Notes under the pieces: model-generated | Seen by the model: only the letters and a program-made list of their open reading frames with translations | The model's database searches: none | What the model was told of the DNA's origin: nothing | Shown here: one piece after another, positions 1 through 11,022 of the stretch | Position numbering within the stretch: the first letter of the stretch is position 1 | Layout of the letters: each line of letters starts with the position of its first letter | NCBI RefSeq assembly: GCF_001194135.2 | Contig: NC_068996.1 | Location: 23,711,692 to 23,775,691 of the forward strand | Length of the DNA stretch: 64,000 nt | DNA from: Octopus bimaculoides | Taxonomy: Eukaryota | Direction of reading: 5' to 3' | Position numbers and translations under genes: made by a program

Positions 1-3000
1 AGGCCTGTAACTATCCTACCCAATCTGCCCATGCTAAATTATATTATATTATATCATATATTATACTGTAAATTTAGCCTCATAACAGCCAATTCACTTT
101 TTCTATTCAAAATGGTTTCCAATTCAATATTTACTTGTTATTATTTATAGCTTTATCTGCATTGACATTCACTGCTCCAAAAGATAGGCATGGCTGTGTG
201 ATAAAAAGCTTGGTTCCAAACCACATAGTTCTGGGTTCAGTCCCAGTGTGTGACACTTTAGGCAAGTGTCTTTTACTATGGCCTTGAATCGACCAAAGCC
301 TTGTGAGTGAATTTGGTAGATGGAAACTGAAAGAAGCCCATCTTATATATATATTTTGTTTTTGGATTTGGTTTGCAAGATTCTTTATGTGAGTTCGTGT
401 GTTGAAGCATATTCTGTTGTGTCTGGGTAGAGTCATTTTCTTTTTGTGCCTTATAATTTAACACACACACCGGTAAAATTTCCACTTATTTCTTATTTTT
501 ATTTTGGAAAATAAAAATTAAGAAATAAGTGGAAATTTTACTGGTGAGTGTGTTAAATTATAAGGNNNNNNNNNNNNNNNNNNNNNNNNNNNNNNNNNNN
601 NNNNNNNNNNNNNNNNNNNNNNNNNNNNNNNNNNNNNNNNNNNNNNNNNNNNNNNNNNNNNNNNNNNNNNNNNNNNNNNNNNNNNNNNNNNNNNNNNNNN
701 NNNNNNNNNNNNNNNNNNNNNNNNNNNNNNNNNNNNNNNNNNNNNNNNNNNNNNNNNNNNNNNNNNNNNNNNNNNNNNNNNNNNNNNNNNNNNNNNNNTC
801 TTTTACTTGTTTCAGTCATTTGACTGTGGCCATGCTGGAGCACTAACTTCAGTCGCGCAAATCGACCCCAGGACTTATTCTTTGGAACCCTAGTACTTAT
901 TCTATTGGTTTCTTTTGCCCAACCGCTAAGTTATGGGGATGTAAACACACCAGCATCGGTTGTCAAGCGATGTTGGGGGGGACAAACACAGACACACAAA
1001 CATATACACACACATACATATATATGACGGGCTTCTTTCAGTTTCCGTCTACCAAGTCCACTCACAAGGTTTTGGTCAGCCTGAGGCTATAGTAGAAGAC
1101 ACTTGTCCAAGGTGCCATGCAGTGGGACTGAACCTAGAACCATGTGGTTGGTAAGCAAGCTACTTACCACACAGCCACTCCTACGCCTACAATATATATA
1201 TAGATATGTATTTATGTATGTATGTATGTCTATGTGTTTGTCTCTCCACCACTGCTTGACAACCAGTGTTGGTGTGTCTGCACTCCTGTAACTTAGTGGT
1301 TCAGCAAATAGGAACCAATAGAATAAGTACTAGACTTAAAAAAGAAGTACTGGGGTTGGTTCATTCATTTAACTAAAAATTCAAAGCAGTGATCCAGCAT
1401 ATACACACACACACACATATACAGAGAGAGATAGATAGATAGATAGAGAGAGACAGACAGACAGACAGACAGAGAACGCAAGAGATAGATAGGTATACCT
1501 AAGTATACATGCATGAATGACACACACACACGTGTGTGTGTCTGTGCATGTGCGCGTGTATCACTTGTGACCAAATATGCATTGAAATGATGATAGAGAT
1601 CAGTGGCTGGGATCTCTATATGCATACACATGCATATGTATGTGTTCGTGTGTTTATGAATATATGTGTGTGTGTATATAAGTGCATTTAAATGTGTGTA
1701 TATGAACATAATTGTATTCTGTTAACCCTATATTTACTGCTACCTTCTGCATGCCAGAAATACATCCTCTTATCTACCTGTTGATCACCTTCCCTCTTTC
1801 ACCCATCTCCCTATTCACTTCAATTATCTCATATCCTGCCATTTCTTATCTCCCCATCACCTCTGAAGTTTGCAAACTATGAATGGTCACCTTGCATACT
1901 TCCTTTCATCACTCTACTCGCCCCTTAATTCACTAGGACTAGTCGATCCTCATCACTCTGCTTGTGTCTACCTTCCCACCTCCATCCATCTCTCAATTTA
2001 CTTCAATCGTCACTTTGTCACTTTATCAATCATATTATCTGTCATCTCACCACTTGTCATGTTCACACATTCATTACCATCCATTACTCCCTCTTAACCT
2101 CTTTTCTCTTACTGTCCTCTCCTGACCTTGACACCAAAAATGGAAAAGACTGCCATTAAAATGCTGGTTGCAAACTGCTTGCAGGGAATTGCATCAATTA
2201 CACATCTATTCTTGAAACAGCTGTAAAGGAGAACTTGCATGTCTTCTGTGTTCTCTTTCACTTTTATATTTTAACTACAATGACCTGACTTAACCTATTA
2301 TCTAATATCAATACTACTGACTAATTTTATAACTATTCCAGGACCATACCAACATATATCACAACCATTATGAACATTCTTCAGCCAATCTTTTATTGAT
2401 CTCTTGTGATTTAAAAGCCTGAAACATCCTTTTCTACATTCAAACTGTATAAATATATAAAAGTCATAATCTAACCAGATACTAGTTGCTTGCCTGTCTG
2501 TACCTTTATTCTATTATGCATGTACCAACTTGATTGAAGCACTGTCAATAAGCAAAACCTCATTTAAGCAATAATAATAACATCCCTTCATTTTTAGTTA
2601 CAGTTCAAGTTGGAGTTCAGGGAGTAAGTCAATTTGGGCACTAATTCATGTTACTATTAGATTATGTCATTGATCATATTACCTAATATCAGGAATGTAA
2701 CTACACACATGCTTTTCCTTTTGAACTTTTCCCCTTCTCCTTTCTGATGAAGAGCTTTGCTCGAAACATAAGACCACCTTTCTTTCCTTCCCTGAGTGTC
2801 TGCTAATATTTTGCATGTACCACGTCCTTGTGTTGTTTTTTTTTTCTTGTGTTTGTTCTTCGTTTTTTGGGATTTACTGTATATGTATGTATGTATGTGT
2901 GTATATATATATATATATATATGGTACTACTAAAGCAGCGTGGTCCCGAACGCGCACCCGCGCAAGCTAGTCGTGAGTGGTCGATCCTACAAAAAGTGCG

Positions 3001-3149
3001 CGTGCACTCGTGTGTGAGTGCGCGTGTGCAAATGAATACATGTGTGCGCATATGCAAATTAGTAAATAATTTTTTTTAAACAAAGTAAATAATTTTTAAA
3101 AAATTAAATTATTTTTTTTCTAAACAACGTAGAATCTTTTCAACGTGCT

Positions 3150-3863
3150 ATTGACGGAGTTATTTGGCGATGTAATTCATGCAGTAAAACGATCTCTATA
3201 AGGAAAAATACTTTTTTAGAGAAATGCCACTTGACAGTGTTTACACTATTTCAAATAATAGCAGACTTTATATCTGAATTGCCAGTAACCTGTTCAATGA
3301 GTTGAAACAACATTAGCAACGACATTGCCATTCAATGGTACGAATACTGCCGAAGGTGGACTGAACCACACTGTACAAGTGGATGAAAGCCTGCTTTTCA
3401 AGAGGAAATATGAGGTTGGCAGAATGGTTGAAAAGTTTTGTGTGATAGGCTTTTACGATGTCACTCAGAAAAAGGGCTACCTGCAACATTATAACTGATA
3501 GAAAGGCTGAAACGTTAGAAGCTGCAATCATTGAAAATGTGGAGCCAGGAACTACGATTTTCACGGATATGTGGCCCAAGTTACCAAAATCTTCAGAAAC
3601 TGGGATACATTCATGGTACCGTGAACCATTCACGGAATTTTGTTGATCCCATTAGTGGGGTATGTACCAATAGTGTAGAGGCATTCTGGTCACGGATAAA
3701 ATGTAGACTGAAATATAAAAGTGGATCATGTGGTAACATGAAATGGTCACATATTGATGAGGCAATGTACCGTGATTATTACGATATGAAGTGTGAGAAT
3801 TCATGGGAGAACTTTCAGACATTTATCAAGCACATAGAGAAAGTGATACATACAACGTCATAG
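3150..3863 (+). pseudogene. Merlin/IS1595-family DDE transposase pseudogene
   Basis: Frameshifted pieces read IDGVIWRCNSCSKTISIRKNTFL...QWYEYCR / GGLNHTVQVDESLLFKRKYEVGR / AAIIENVEPGTTIFTDMW / LGYIHGTVNHSRNFVDPISGVCTNSVEAFWSRIK, which are hallmark motifs (VDES, KRKY.GR, TI.TD.W, VNH, TN.VE.FW). Internal stops and frameshifts are present. Confidence 0.9.
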
Positions 3864-4627
3864 ATTAAACTTTCATCTCAGTGTTCTTTACCTATTTTTC
3901 ATAACATAAATACGTAAAAACACACACAACCACACATACACGACCTGTGACAACAACATACACATTGCTCTCAATCTCTATTCATTTCTCCCCCTCTTCC
4001 TCTCTCGCTCTCTCAAACGTATGTGTATACGTTTGAGAGAGCAAGAGAGGAAGTAAACACAATCATTCACATCGTGGTATATTTACAAAACATTGATGGC
4101 ATAACNNNNNNNNNNCTCAAACGTATGTGTATACGTTTGAGAGAGCAAGAGAGGAAGTAAACACAATCATTCACATCGTGGTATATTTACAAAACATTGA
4201 TGGCATAACTACAGAGTTGTATCCCCCAACTTTGGAAGGTCATAACTTTCATAAAAATGAATATTTTTTCATGAAATTTTATACAATTGTACCTTGATGT
4301 ATGTACATTTCAAGCATGTAGGAATTTTGAAGGAAACAACTGCAGGTTATTTTTGAGAAGTATTCCCCACTCGGTGGTGTTTCGCAGCAAGTCGTCCATA
4401 TTTGTTTCATATATGTGCTTATGTGCATCCTTAGATTTCTAATGAAGTAATAGGCAGTGAAGAGAAGCAGTCATAAGAAAACTTTTAACTACCCCTATTC
4501 CTTTCTCTCCCCCTCTCTACCTCTTCCTCTCTCGCTCTCTCAAAAGCATACACGTGCAAGTACACAATCATTCAGTAAAATATAACTCATGTTCGTCAAT
4601 GTTTTGTAAATTTACCACGATTTTCAC

Positions 4628-4748
4628 TAGGGTGTTAGGGTTAGGGTTTTAGGGTCAGGGTTAGGGTTTAGGATTAATGTTACGGTTACGTTTTTTAGAG
4701 TTAGGGTTTAGGGTTAGTGTTAGGATTAAGTTTAGGATTAGGGTTGGG
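4628..4748 (+). repeat. Degenerate (TTAGGG)n-like array
   Basis: Runs such as GTTAGGGTTAGGGTTTTAGGGTCAGGGTTAGGGTTTAGG seen directly. Confidence 0.85.
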
Positions 4749-4807
4749 TAATCATGCGGGTGTTAATCTGAAAATTTACATATATGTGAAAAGTACCGAC
4801 CCTGCCA

Positions 4808-5343
4808 TCTATTATAACTTTTGTTGTTCTGTTTAATATATACATAGATTATGCCTCCAAAGAAGAGAGTTTGCTGGGGAAAGACAGCAACCGGTTTAAA
4901 ATGACAGCCACAGACTGCAGCAATTCACCACATTCCAGTAGCTACTTTGAACATAATGCAAAATGGTGCATCAACACCTTCTGCCCAATCTGATAGAATT
5001 CTGGCAAAACTGTTTAGCAACAGATCTTCAGCAATTGCTTCATCAGAAATTGCTATCCTAGCTCCTGTGAAAAGGGATTACCCTGCTATGTATAATCAGG
5101 GCAGCGCAAAAAGTTGTTTTGCACAAGCATTTCTATAGCCAATTACACGGATGAAATTTACGTATGCTTAATAATTTTACGCAAAACAGCCTTCAGACTT
5201 TCCCTATTAATTTCATCGTCTTTTGAATTATGAACATATTTACATCATAAGGGATTTTTCGTTGTAAGGCTTTCTTTTTTAGTTGATTTTCAGCTAGATG
5301 GCATAATGAGTCACACCTGGACAAGGTCGGGTTATACTGCTAG
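4808..5343 (+). mobile_element. Small non-autonomous Helitron
   Basis: 5' A|TCTATTATAAC start. 3' degenerate hairpin ACCTGGACAAGGTCGGGT about 8 nt before CTAG|T. Inserted between A and T. These are the canonical Helitron termini. Confidence 0.6.
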
Positions 5344-6379
5344 TAACACATAAAACCAGTACCGCCTGACTGACCAGGCACGTAAAAGCACCCACTACAC
5401 TCTCTGAGTGGTTGGCGTTAGGAAGGACATCCAGCTGTAGAAACTCTGCCAAATCAGATTGGAGCCTTGTGTAGCCATCTGGTTCACCAATCCTCAGTCA
5501 AATCGTCCAACCCATGCTAGCATGATGATGATGATGATATAATTAAAGCCAAACCACGACGGGCAGGCATGTATAAAATCAGTCGGAAAGCATATGAGGT
5601 AATTAGAGTTATATTTTCTTGTAAAAGGGTAGTGTTGGGCTTACATATTCCCATATTCCCTGTTGTTCTAGCAGCAATAACTAAATGGCGCAAGGGATAT
5701 TGTTGAAACGAAAGTGAGTGAGAAGTAAAAGGGTGGACAAGACAGCTGTATCACTGGTGGATTCCATAGCTGTCCTTCTATGACGTTCTGTTGAGATGAT
5801 ATTTCAAGCCAGTCAGCCTGCTCTGTCAGTCACTCTCACTCACTGCCTTTTTCTTACAAAATGCTGGTAGTTATAATTGTGAAGACTAGCTAGGAAAATG
5901 GATATATCGTTATAACAATGGTTAAATTAATGTAGGTCAAACTTTGTTTATCTAAACTTTCGATGGCACAGAAAAGTGAAAAACATAAATCATCGTTCCT
6001 TTTGACAGGAAAATAGGCCGTATGGTTATGGAGAATTTCTAAATTCGGTTTCAGATCTCGACCAGGCGGGGCCAAACGAGGTACTACATTTATATATACG
6101 TAAATACACACACAGATAGACAGGTAGATAGATAGATAGATAGATAGTGTGTATGGGAGAATAAGTATCCTAAATGGATATGTCACACCGGGTAGTCTTT
6201 AACAATTCGGGCTACAGGAACTTTTAGAACCATTGTGTAATAGTTTGATAGTACGATCGGTGGTTTGCTGCAATATCAATAGTTGATACACACATACATG
6301 TACTCTTACATTCCCTCTCTTTCTCTCTGTTACCCTTATTGAGAATAGTTACTGCGCTATCTGTTCGACTAACAAGTCA

Positions 6380-6568
6380 ACGAATTTCCCCACCCCTTTT
6401 AAAGTATTTACCATCAGTACATTTGCAAACCGTTATCTAACGTCACTGCGTCACATGTGGAGGAGTTGTTCCATCATAGATGTCGACTTAATTGCTCTCG
6501 TACGCGTTCGTCTTCTCTAAGTCCGGGCTTTATTTCACATTGGGACCTGTAACAGAAACCGAAGGAAA
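6380..6568 (+). promoter_or_regulatory. Probable promoter/5'UTR region of SLC25A21
   Basis: Non-repetitive and locally CpG-richer sequence immediately 5' of the ATG, with adjacent ACGTCA and TGCGTCA (CRE/ATF-like) and CACATG (E-box-like) motifs at about 6440-6457. Position-based inference only; TSS unknown. Confidence 0.35.
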
Positions 6569-6638
6569 ATGTCGACAACTCATGTACCAAATGTATATCT
6601 ACTACCAGTGATCCAGTTTGCATCTGGTGGTTGCGCCG
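6569..6638 (+). CDS. SLC25A21: Mitochondrial 2-oxodicarboxylate carrier, coding exon 1 (MSTTHVPNVYLLPVIQFASGGCA-G)
   Basis: ATG at 6569 in AAAATG context. The exon ends at G|GTTGGT (phase 1) and joins the 25253 exon to give GGCAG-LVE, matching the carrier H1 start (human ODC has AGGSAGLVEI). Not in the ORF track because it is short. Confidence 0.85.
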
Positions 6639-7060
6639 GTTGGTATCTGTTCATTCCTCTCGTTTAACTTTTGTAAATTACACGTATATAACTCTACACG
6701 TTCACACACACACACACACACATACATACATACATGAGCTGGTTAATATATGCACACATCCAAGCAGACACTCATACGCACTCGTGTATTTATACACGTG
6801 TAGTCGCTCTTAAATTACGTCTCTGGCAACCCCATTCACATCTAGGATATATTAATTAGAATATAAATCGACTCCATTCATGACACTTATGCACTGTAAA
6901 TATATGAATGGATCCCAGTACTTGGCTAGTGTTTCATCATATTAACACTAATAACATTATAGCTAACGGCAAGGGGTCCTCTACATGGTTATTTTTCTGC
7001 TAGAAATAAGAACCAAGTCTTCCATTAATCACACCCCCTTACTGTCTCAAAAATAAAGTA

Positions 7061-7200
7061 CAAGGTGATTCAAAAAAGTCGCCGTACATAAGAACAATTA
7101 ATTTTTTTTTATAAGAAACAGTTTTTTTATTTTTTATTCAACTGTTTCTTATAAAAAAAAATAAAAATTTTTTTTGTATGCTGACTTTTGAATCATCCTG
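7061..7200. mobile_element. Tc1/mariner-type foldback MITE
   Basis: CAAGGTGATTCAAAAAAGTC ... GACTTTTGAATCATCCTG termini, plus an inner inverted pair TTTTTTATAAGAAACAGTT / AACTGTTTCTTATAAAAAA; TA on the left flank. Confidence 0.7.
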
Positions 7201-8133
7201 TGTATCGACCCTGATACTTTTTGACAGGTACTTTATTTTATCGACTTCGGCGGCGGTAAAGCTGACTTAGCCGGGCTTTGAAACTCAGGACGTAAAGAAC
7301 TTGAAAAAAATGCTTAGCAGCATTTTTCTTGGCGAGCTATACATGTCTAGTGATATTTGTTACTTTTATACCTCCACTATATTTTCTATGATTTTTTATT
7401 CTGGTACAGGCTAAAGAAATCGTAAAGCTGTGTAATAATGTGTCAAAATGCTGTCAGAAGTGTGAATGTCACAGACGTTTATAGATTACTTAACTGATCT
7501 TAGATAAATATTGCTAGATAGAAACTCGATCTACTTGTGTACACACTCAGTCTGACTATAATGTTGTATCACTGTTTACGAGTGTCTAATTCAATGGGCT
7601 GTCTTTAGTTCGACTTCGACTTGGCTGTTTTGGCATACTAACACAAGTTTGTTGTTTCATAAATCCCAGAAAAACGGATATGTTTTAATGAAAATTTCAG
7701 CAAATATGCTTCAGGTGGCGTAGATTCCGATTATACTTTGAATTTGTGATGAAAATAATTTTTACGAGAGTGGGGTGAGGAGTTTCGGAAAATTTGCGCG
7801 AGTTAGCTTTATTTCCTCATAACTTTAAGAAAAATGGGTAATCTTTTTTTTAATGAAGATACAGATATCTTTCAGAGTGTGTAGATTACGATTATATCTG
7901 AATTTAATATTAAAAAAATAAAATAAAATAAAAAATTGGTAGACTCGTACATCACATATATATCTACAAAATGAAACTTGAAATTTCGAAAAAAAAAAAA
8001 AAAAATTGTGCTATTTGTCATTATGTGTACGAGTTCACCAATTTTCTTTTTCCATAGCATCCTGCGCTACATCAGTAGTATGCTCCAAGTTCTTTAATAT
8101 TATTATTCCATTCACATCTAGGATGTTTTATAG

Positions 8134-8513
8134 CAGACGTTTTCAGCTTAGTTTTAATTAGCTTCGCTTATATTTGCGGCATGACCCTCAGGTGTACCTT
8201 GAGTTTTTGAAGCGAATTGGAAAATAGTTGAAAGTGTAGAAAGGTTGAGTGTTTTTAATTCACTACACCGATGCACATTTATTCGTTTGCAGCAAATTGC
8301 AATGCCTGCTCGGGTAAATTTTTTTTTTCTTAGTTAAAATCGTGCGGTTGTTACTCAAAAAATTTACCCATGCTTCTACTTCTGTTTTATCACAGTATTA
8401 ATATTAATTTCTTTTTGTATAGTATATAACTTTTAAAAAGCTGATGGCGTACTGTAACACTTGTCAGTATTTTATGGTACACCAGTCATCGAGAAAAGGT
8501 TGAAAAATCATTG
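8134..8513. mobile_element. hAT-type MITE, degenerate (upstream member of a tandem pair)
   Basis: CAGACGTTTTCAGC ... GGTTGAAAAATCATTG ends, flanked by TTTTATAG and GTTTATAG (7/8 TSD match). Confidence 0.5.
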
Positions 8514-8521
8514 GTTTATAG

Positions 8522-8838
8522 CAGTGGTTCTCAACCATTTTATACTCTCTGGACCCCTTTGATTACTATTTTATTTGGGTGGACCCATATGACCATTCGA
8601 TGTTTATAAACTAGTTTTGTAGAGGCTTTCCAAGTTCCCAATTTGCTTTTGACATATTAACTTCTTTAGGTTAAACTATGCAAAGTGTTTAAGAAAGAAA
8701 TTTAGCTGTTTCTTGCAATAAATAGATCTAAGTCAAACCTTTTACATGGACCCTTAAAATACTACTGTGGATCCCCAGTTCACTATTTTGCTTCTGTGGA
8801 CCCTCACGGGTCGTATGAATCTTGGTTGAGAACCCCTG
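8522..8838. mobile_element. hAT (Charlie-like) MITE with perfect 8-bp TSD
   Basis: TIRs CAGTGGTTCTCAACC / GGTTGAGAACCCCTG; TSD GTTTATAG at 8514-8521 and 8839-8846. Confidence 0.9.
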
Positions 8839-9931
8839 GTTTATAGAAATTTTAAGCCAACTTCAATACTTGACTGGTTCTTTATTTTATCAACCCCAAA
8901 AGGATGAAAGGCAAAGATGAAAAGAACCGAGGCTTGACCGTAACTAATTATCGCAAGATATTAACGATTCTGCCATCTCACAGCTATAAAGTCAATAAAA
9001 TTACCTTTTAAACCCTCCTTACCATCGTAGTTTCCTTTCTTCAAGAAAGTCAGGTGTAATTTAACCCTTTTGTTACCATATTTCTGTCTCAATACATTTG
9101 TTTTGTTTCATTTACTTTTGAAAATAATGAAGAATTGGGTAAAATAATTTGTTCCTTATTAAGCTGGTGTTTGGAACATAGATTGCCATGAAATTTTGAA
9201 GGAAGATTTTAATTTAGATCACTTGAAAACAAGAGGTTTGTACCTCAGTGCCATGGTTGGGAGAATATGTCTGCAGTTTCTAGTACATTGATAGATCACA
9301 TCTTGTAAAGCATTGGTATAAGGATATGTAACAAGTACTGAATACAAATAACATTAAAGTAAATGAATTAACACTATTCTCTCCTCTACGAACATTAAAA
9401 TGTCATACCTCTGGTCAAAAGGGATTATATCAGTCCAGTTGTGTTAGAGGAGGTGGTTGATCGGTAAGGTGAATTATAGGGTTGTTGTTGTGTAAGACTG
9501 GGTCTTCTCTGCTGAGGACCACTCTGCTCACCATGACACACAGTGAGGAAGCCTATGAGGTACAGGGTGATAGTCTAAACATGCACTCTCTCCACCGTCT
9601 GTCAATTCTGGTAGTAGTCAGAGTGAAGGTGAGTAAGTTGCACTCAGAGCGCAGCTGTTGCTGTTCCTTTGCATTTGTTGGTGGTGTACATTCCAGTGCA
9701 ACATATCACTATTACATTTGAGTAGAGTAGTGATACTCTTCTCAAATGTGGAGTTGAACTAAACACAGTGATTGCTTAGTCCAGTATATTAAGGTGTCAG
9801 AGTGTACTCCTCAGATTCAAGAAGGTGAATATGAGAGAGAGAATACAAACAGAGGATTAGAAAGCTGGGGTAGTTAACTTCATAAGAGTGTGAGAGGAGA
9901 ATGAGAGATAATTAGAGGTAGGGATAGCAGT

Positions 9932-10145
9932 CATCATCATCATCATCGTTTAACGTCCGCTTTCCATGCTAGCATGGGTTGGACGATTTGACTGAGGACT
10001 GGTGAAACCGGATGGCTACACCAGGCTCCAATCTAATTTGGCAGAGTTTCTACAGCTGGATGCCCTTCCTAACGTCAACCACTCAGAGAGTGTAGTGGGT
10101 GCTTTTACGTGTCACCCGCATGAAGGCCAGTCAGGCGGTACTGGC
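9932..10145. mobile_element. RTE-tail-associated SINE-like repeat with (CAT)n end; family also at about 5360-5540, 11140-11310, 24870-25080, 32690-33045 and 58499-58665
   Basis: The 58500-58665 copy is near-identical in the same orientation; inverted copies lie at 5360-5540 and 32850-33045. ORFs 10002..10244 and 32656..32976 are incidental translations of this repeat. Confidence 0.75.
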
Positions 10146-10721
10146 AATGAATGTAGTAAATGGGGAACAAAGCTGGGAGTGTTTTTGATGGTAAAATATC
10201 AGTATAAGAGGGAGATGAAACAAATACATATGGCTCAGGAATGAGGTTATAATAAGTGGCAGTACAAGAAGGTTGGAAAATAGTTGTAGATCGAACAGAA
10301 AGTTAATGATAGCTGTAGATAGAAGAGAAAGTTAATGATACTCTACTCAAAAATGGAGCTAAACTATGTACATTTAGTTAGCAATACTCTCCAATGTAGA
10401 GTTTGAGTTGGCACTTTAAGTTAGTGATATGTTTGTCATTTTAACAATGATATCCTGTATATAGAAATGAAATTCTATAGTGCTTAAAATATAACAAGGA
10501 GGACTGTATGTAATTGAATATAATGGTGGTTTAATTATAACTAAGGTAGTTTACTGGGGCACAGTGAGGAACTGTAATATCTCTGAGTCCCTGTTTAAAG
10601 TGAGATAAATCAATGTACTGGGAACCAAGAAGACCTTGGTCGGTAAATTGTAGAATTTTTCACTCGACTGTTTCGATAGGTTATGTATACCCTCATGTAA
10701 AAATATATTATCGCTTGTTTG

Positions 10722-11022
10722 TTACCTCTGCCTTAGCGAAAGTGGAGGTATTGTTTTCAGTTGTGTTTGTTTGTGTGTGGACAAGATATCTCAAGAACCG
10801 CTAGATGGTTTTAGATGAAACTTTAGGGATGTTTGACCTCGTGACTTGCATGAAGTGATTAGATTTTGGGAACGATCTGGTACCGGACAAAGATTCTGGA
10901 TTATTTTTTCTGTTTTTCTACTTAAACTTTGAGAGTGGTCGGGTTCATTTTTAGTTATCTTGTTTGTGAGAGCAGTTGAGTGTTGCCTTGGCAGAGGTGT
11001 GCGCTCTCTGAGTGCTCTTGTT
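10722..11022 (+). mobile_element. Helentron-associated (DINE-1/HINE-like) non-autonomous element
   Basis: 5' TT start, subterminal inverted ACCTCTGCC / GGCAGAGGT, a (TGTT)-like microsatellite near the 5' end and a short 3' GAGTGCTC stem followed by TT. Confidence 0.55.

Larger units (their letters stand above)
2923..4797 (+). mobile_element. Merlin (IS1595/ISXO2-like) DNA transposon, degenerate
   Basis: Encloses a broken transposase. Termini GGTACT (2923) and AGTACC (4797) are only a short inverted match and no 8-bp TSD is visible, so the boundaries are tentative. Confidence 0.6.

Noticed and set aside
3150-3863. Bacterial contamination or recent horizontal transfer suggested by the IS1595-like transposase
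   Set aside because: The relic is degenerate and embedded in host microsatellites; eukaryotic Merlin elements already explain it.
4016-4205. Apparent ~90-bp exact tandem duplication
   Set aside because: The identical copies flank a 10-N gap, which is typical of unmerged overlapping contig ends.
4628-4748. True telomere or chromosome-fusion scar
   Set aside because: Short, degenerate and adjacent to a transposon-like end; no head-to-head TTAGGG/CCCTAA junction.
5020-5050. Minus-strand CUGAUGA-AGCAAUUGCU-GAAG, hammerhead-like
   Set aside because: GAAG instead of GAAA, and no stem I or stem III pairing.
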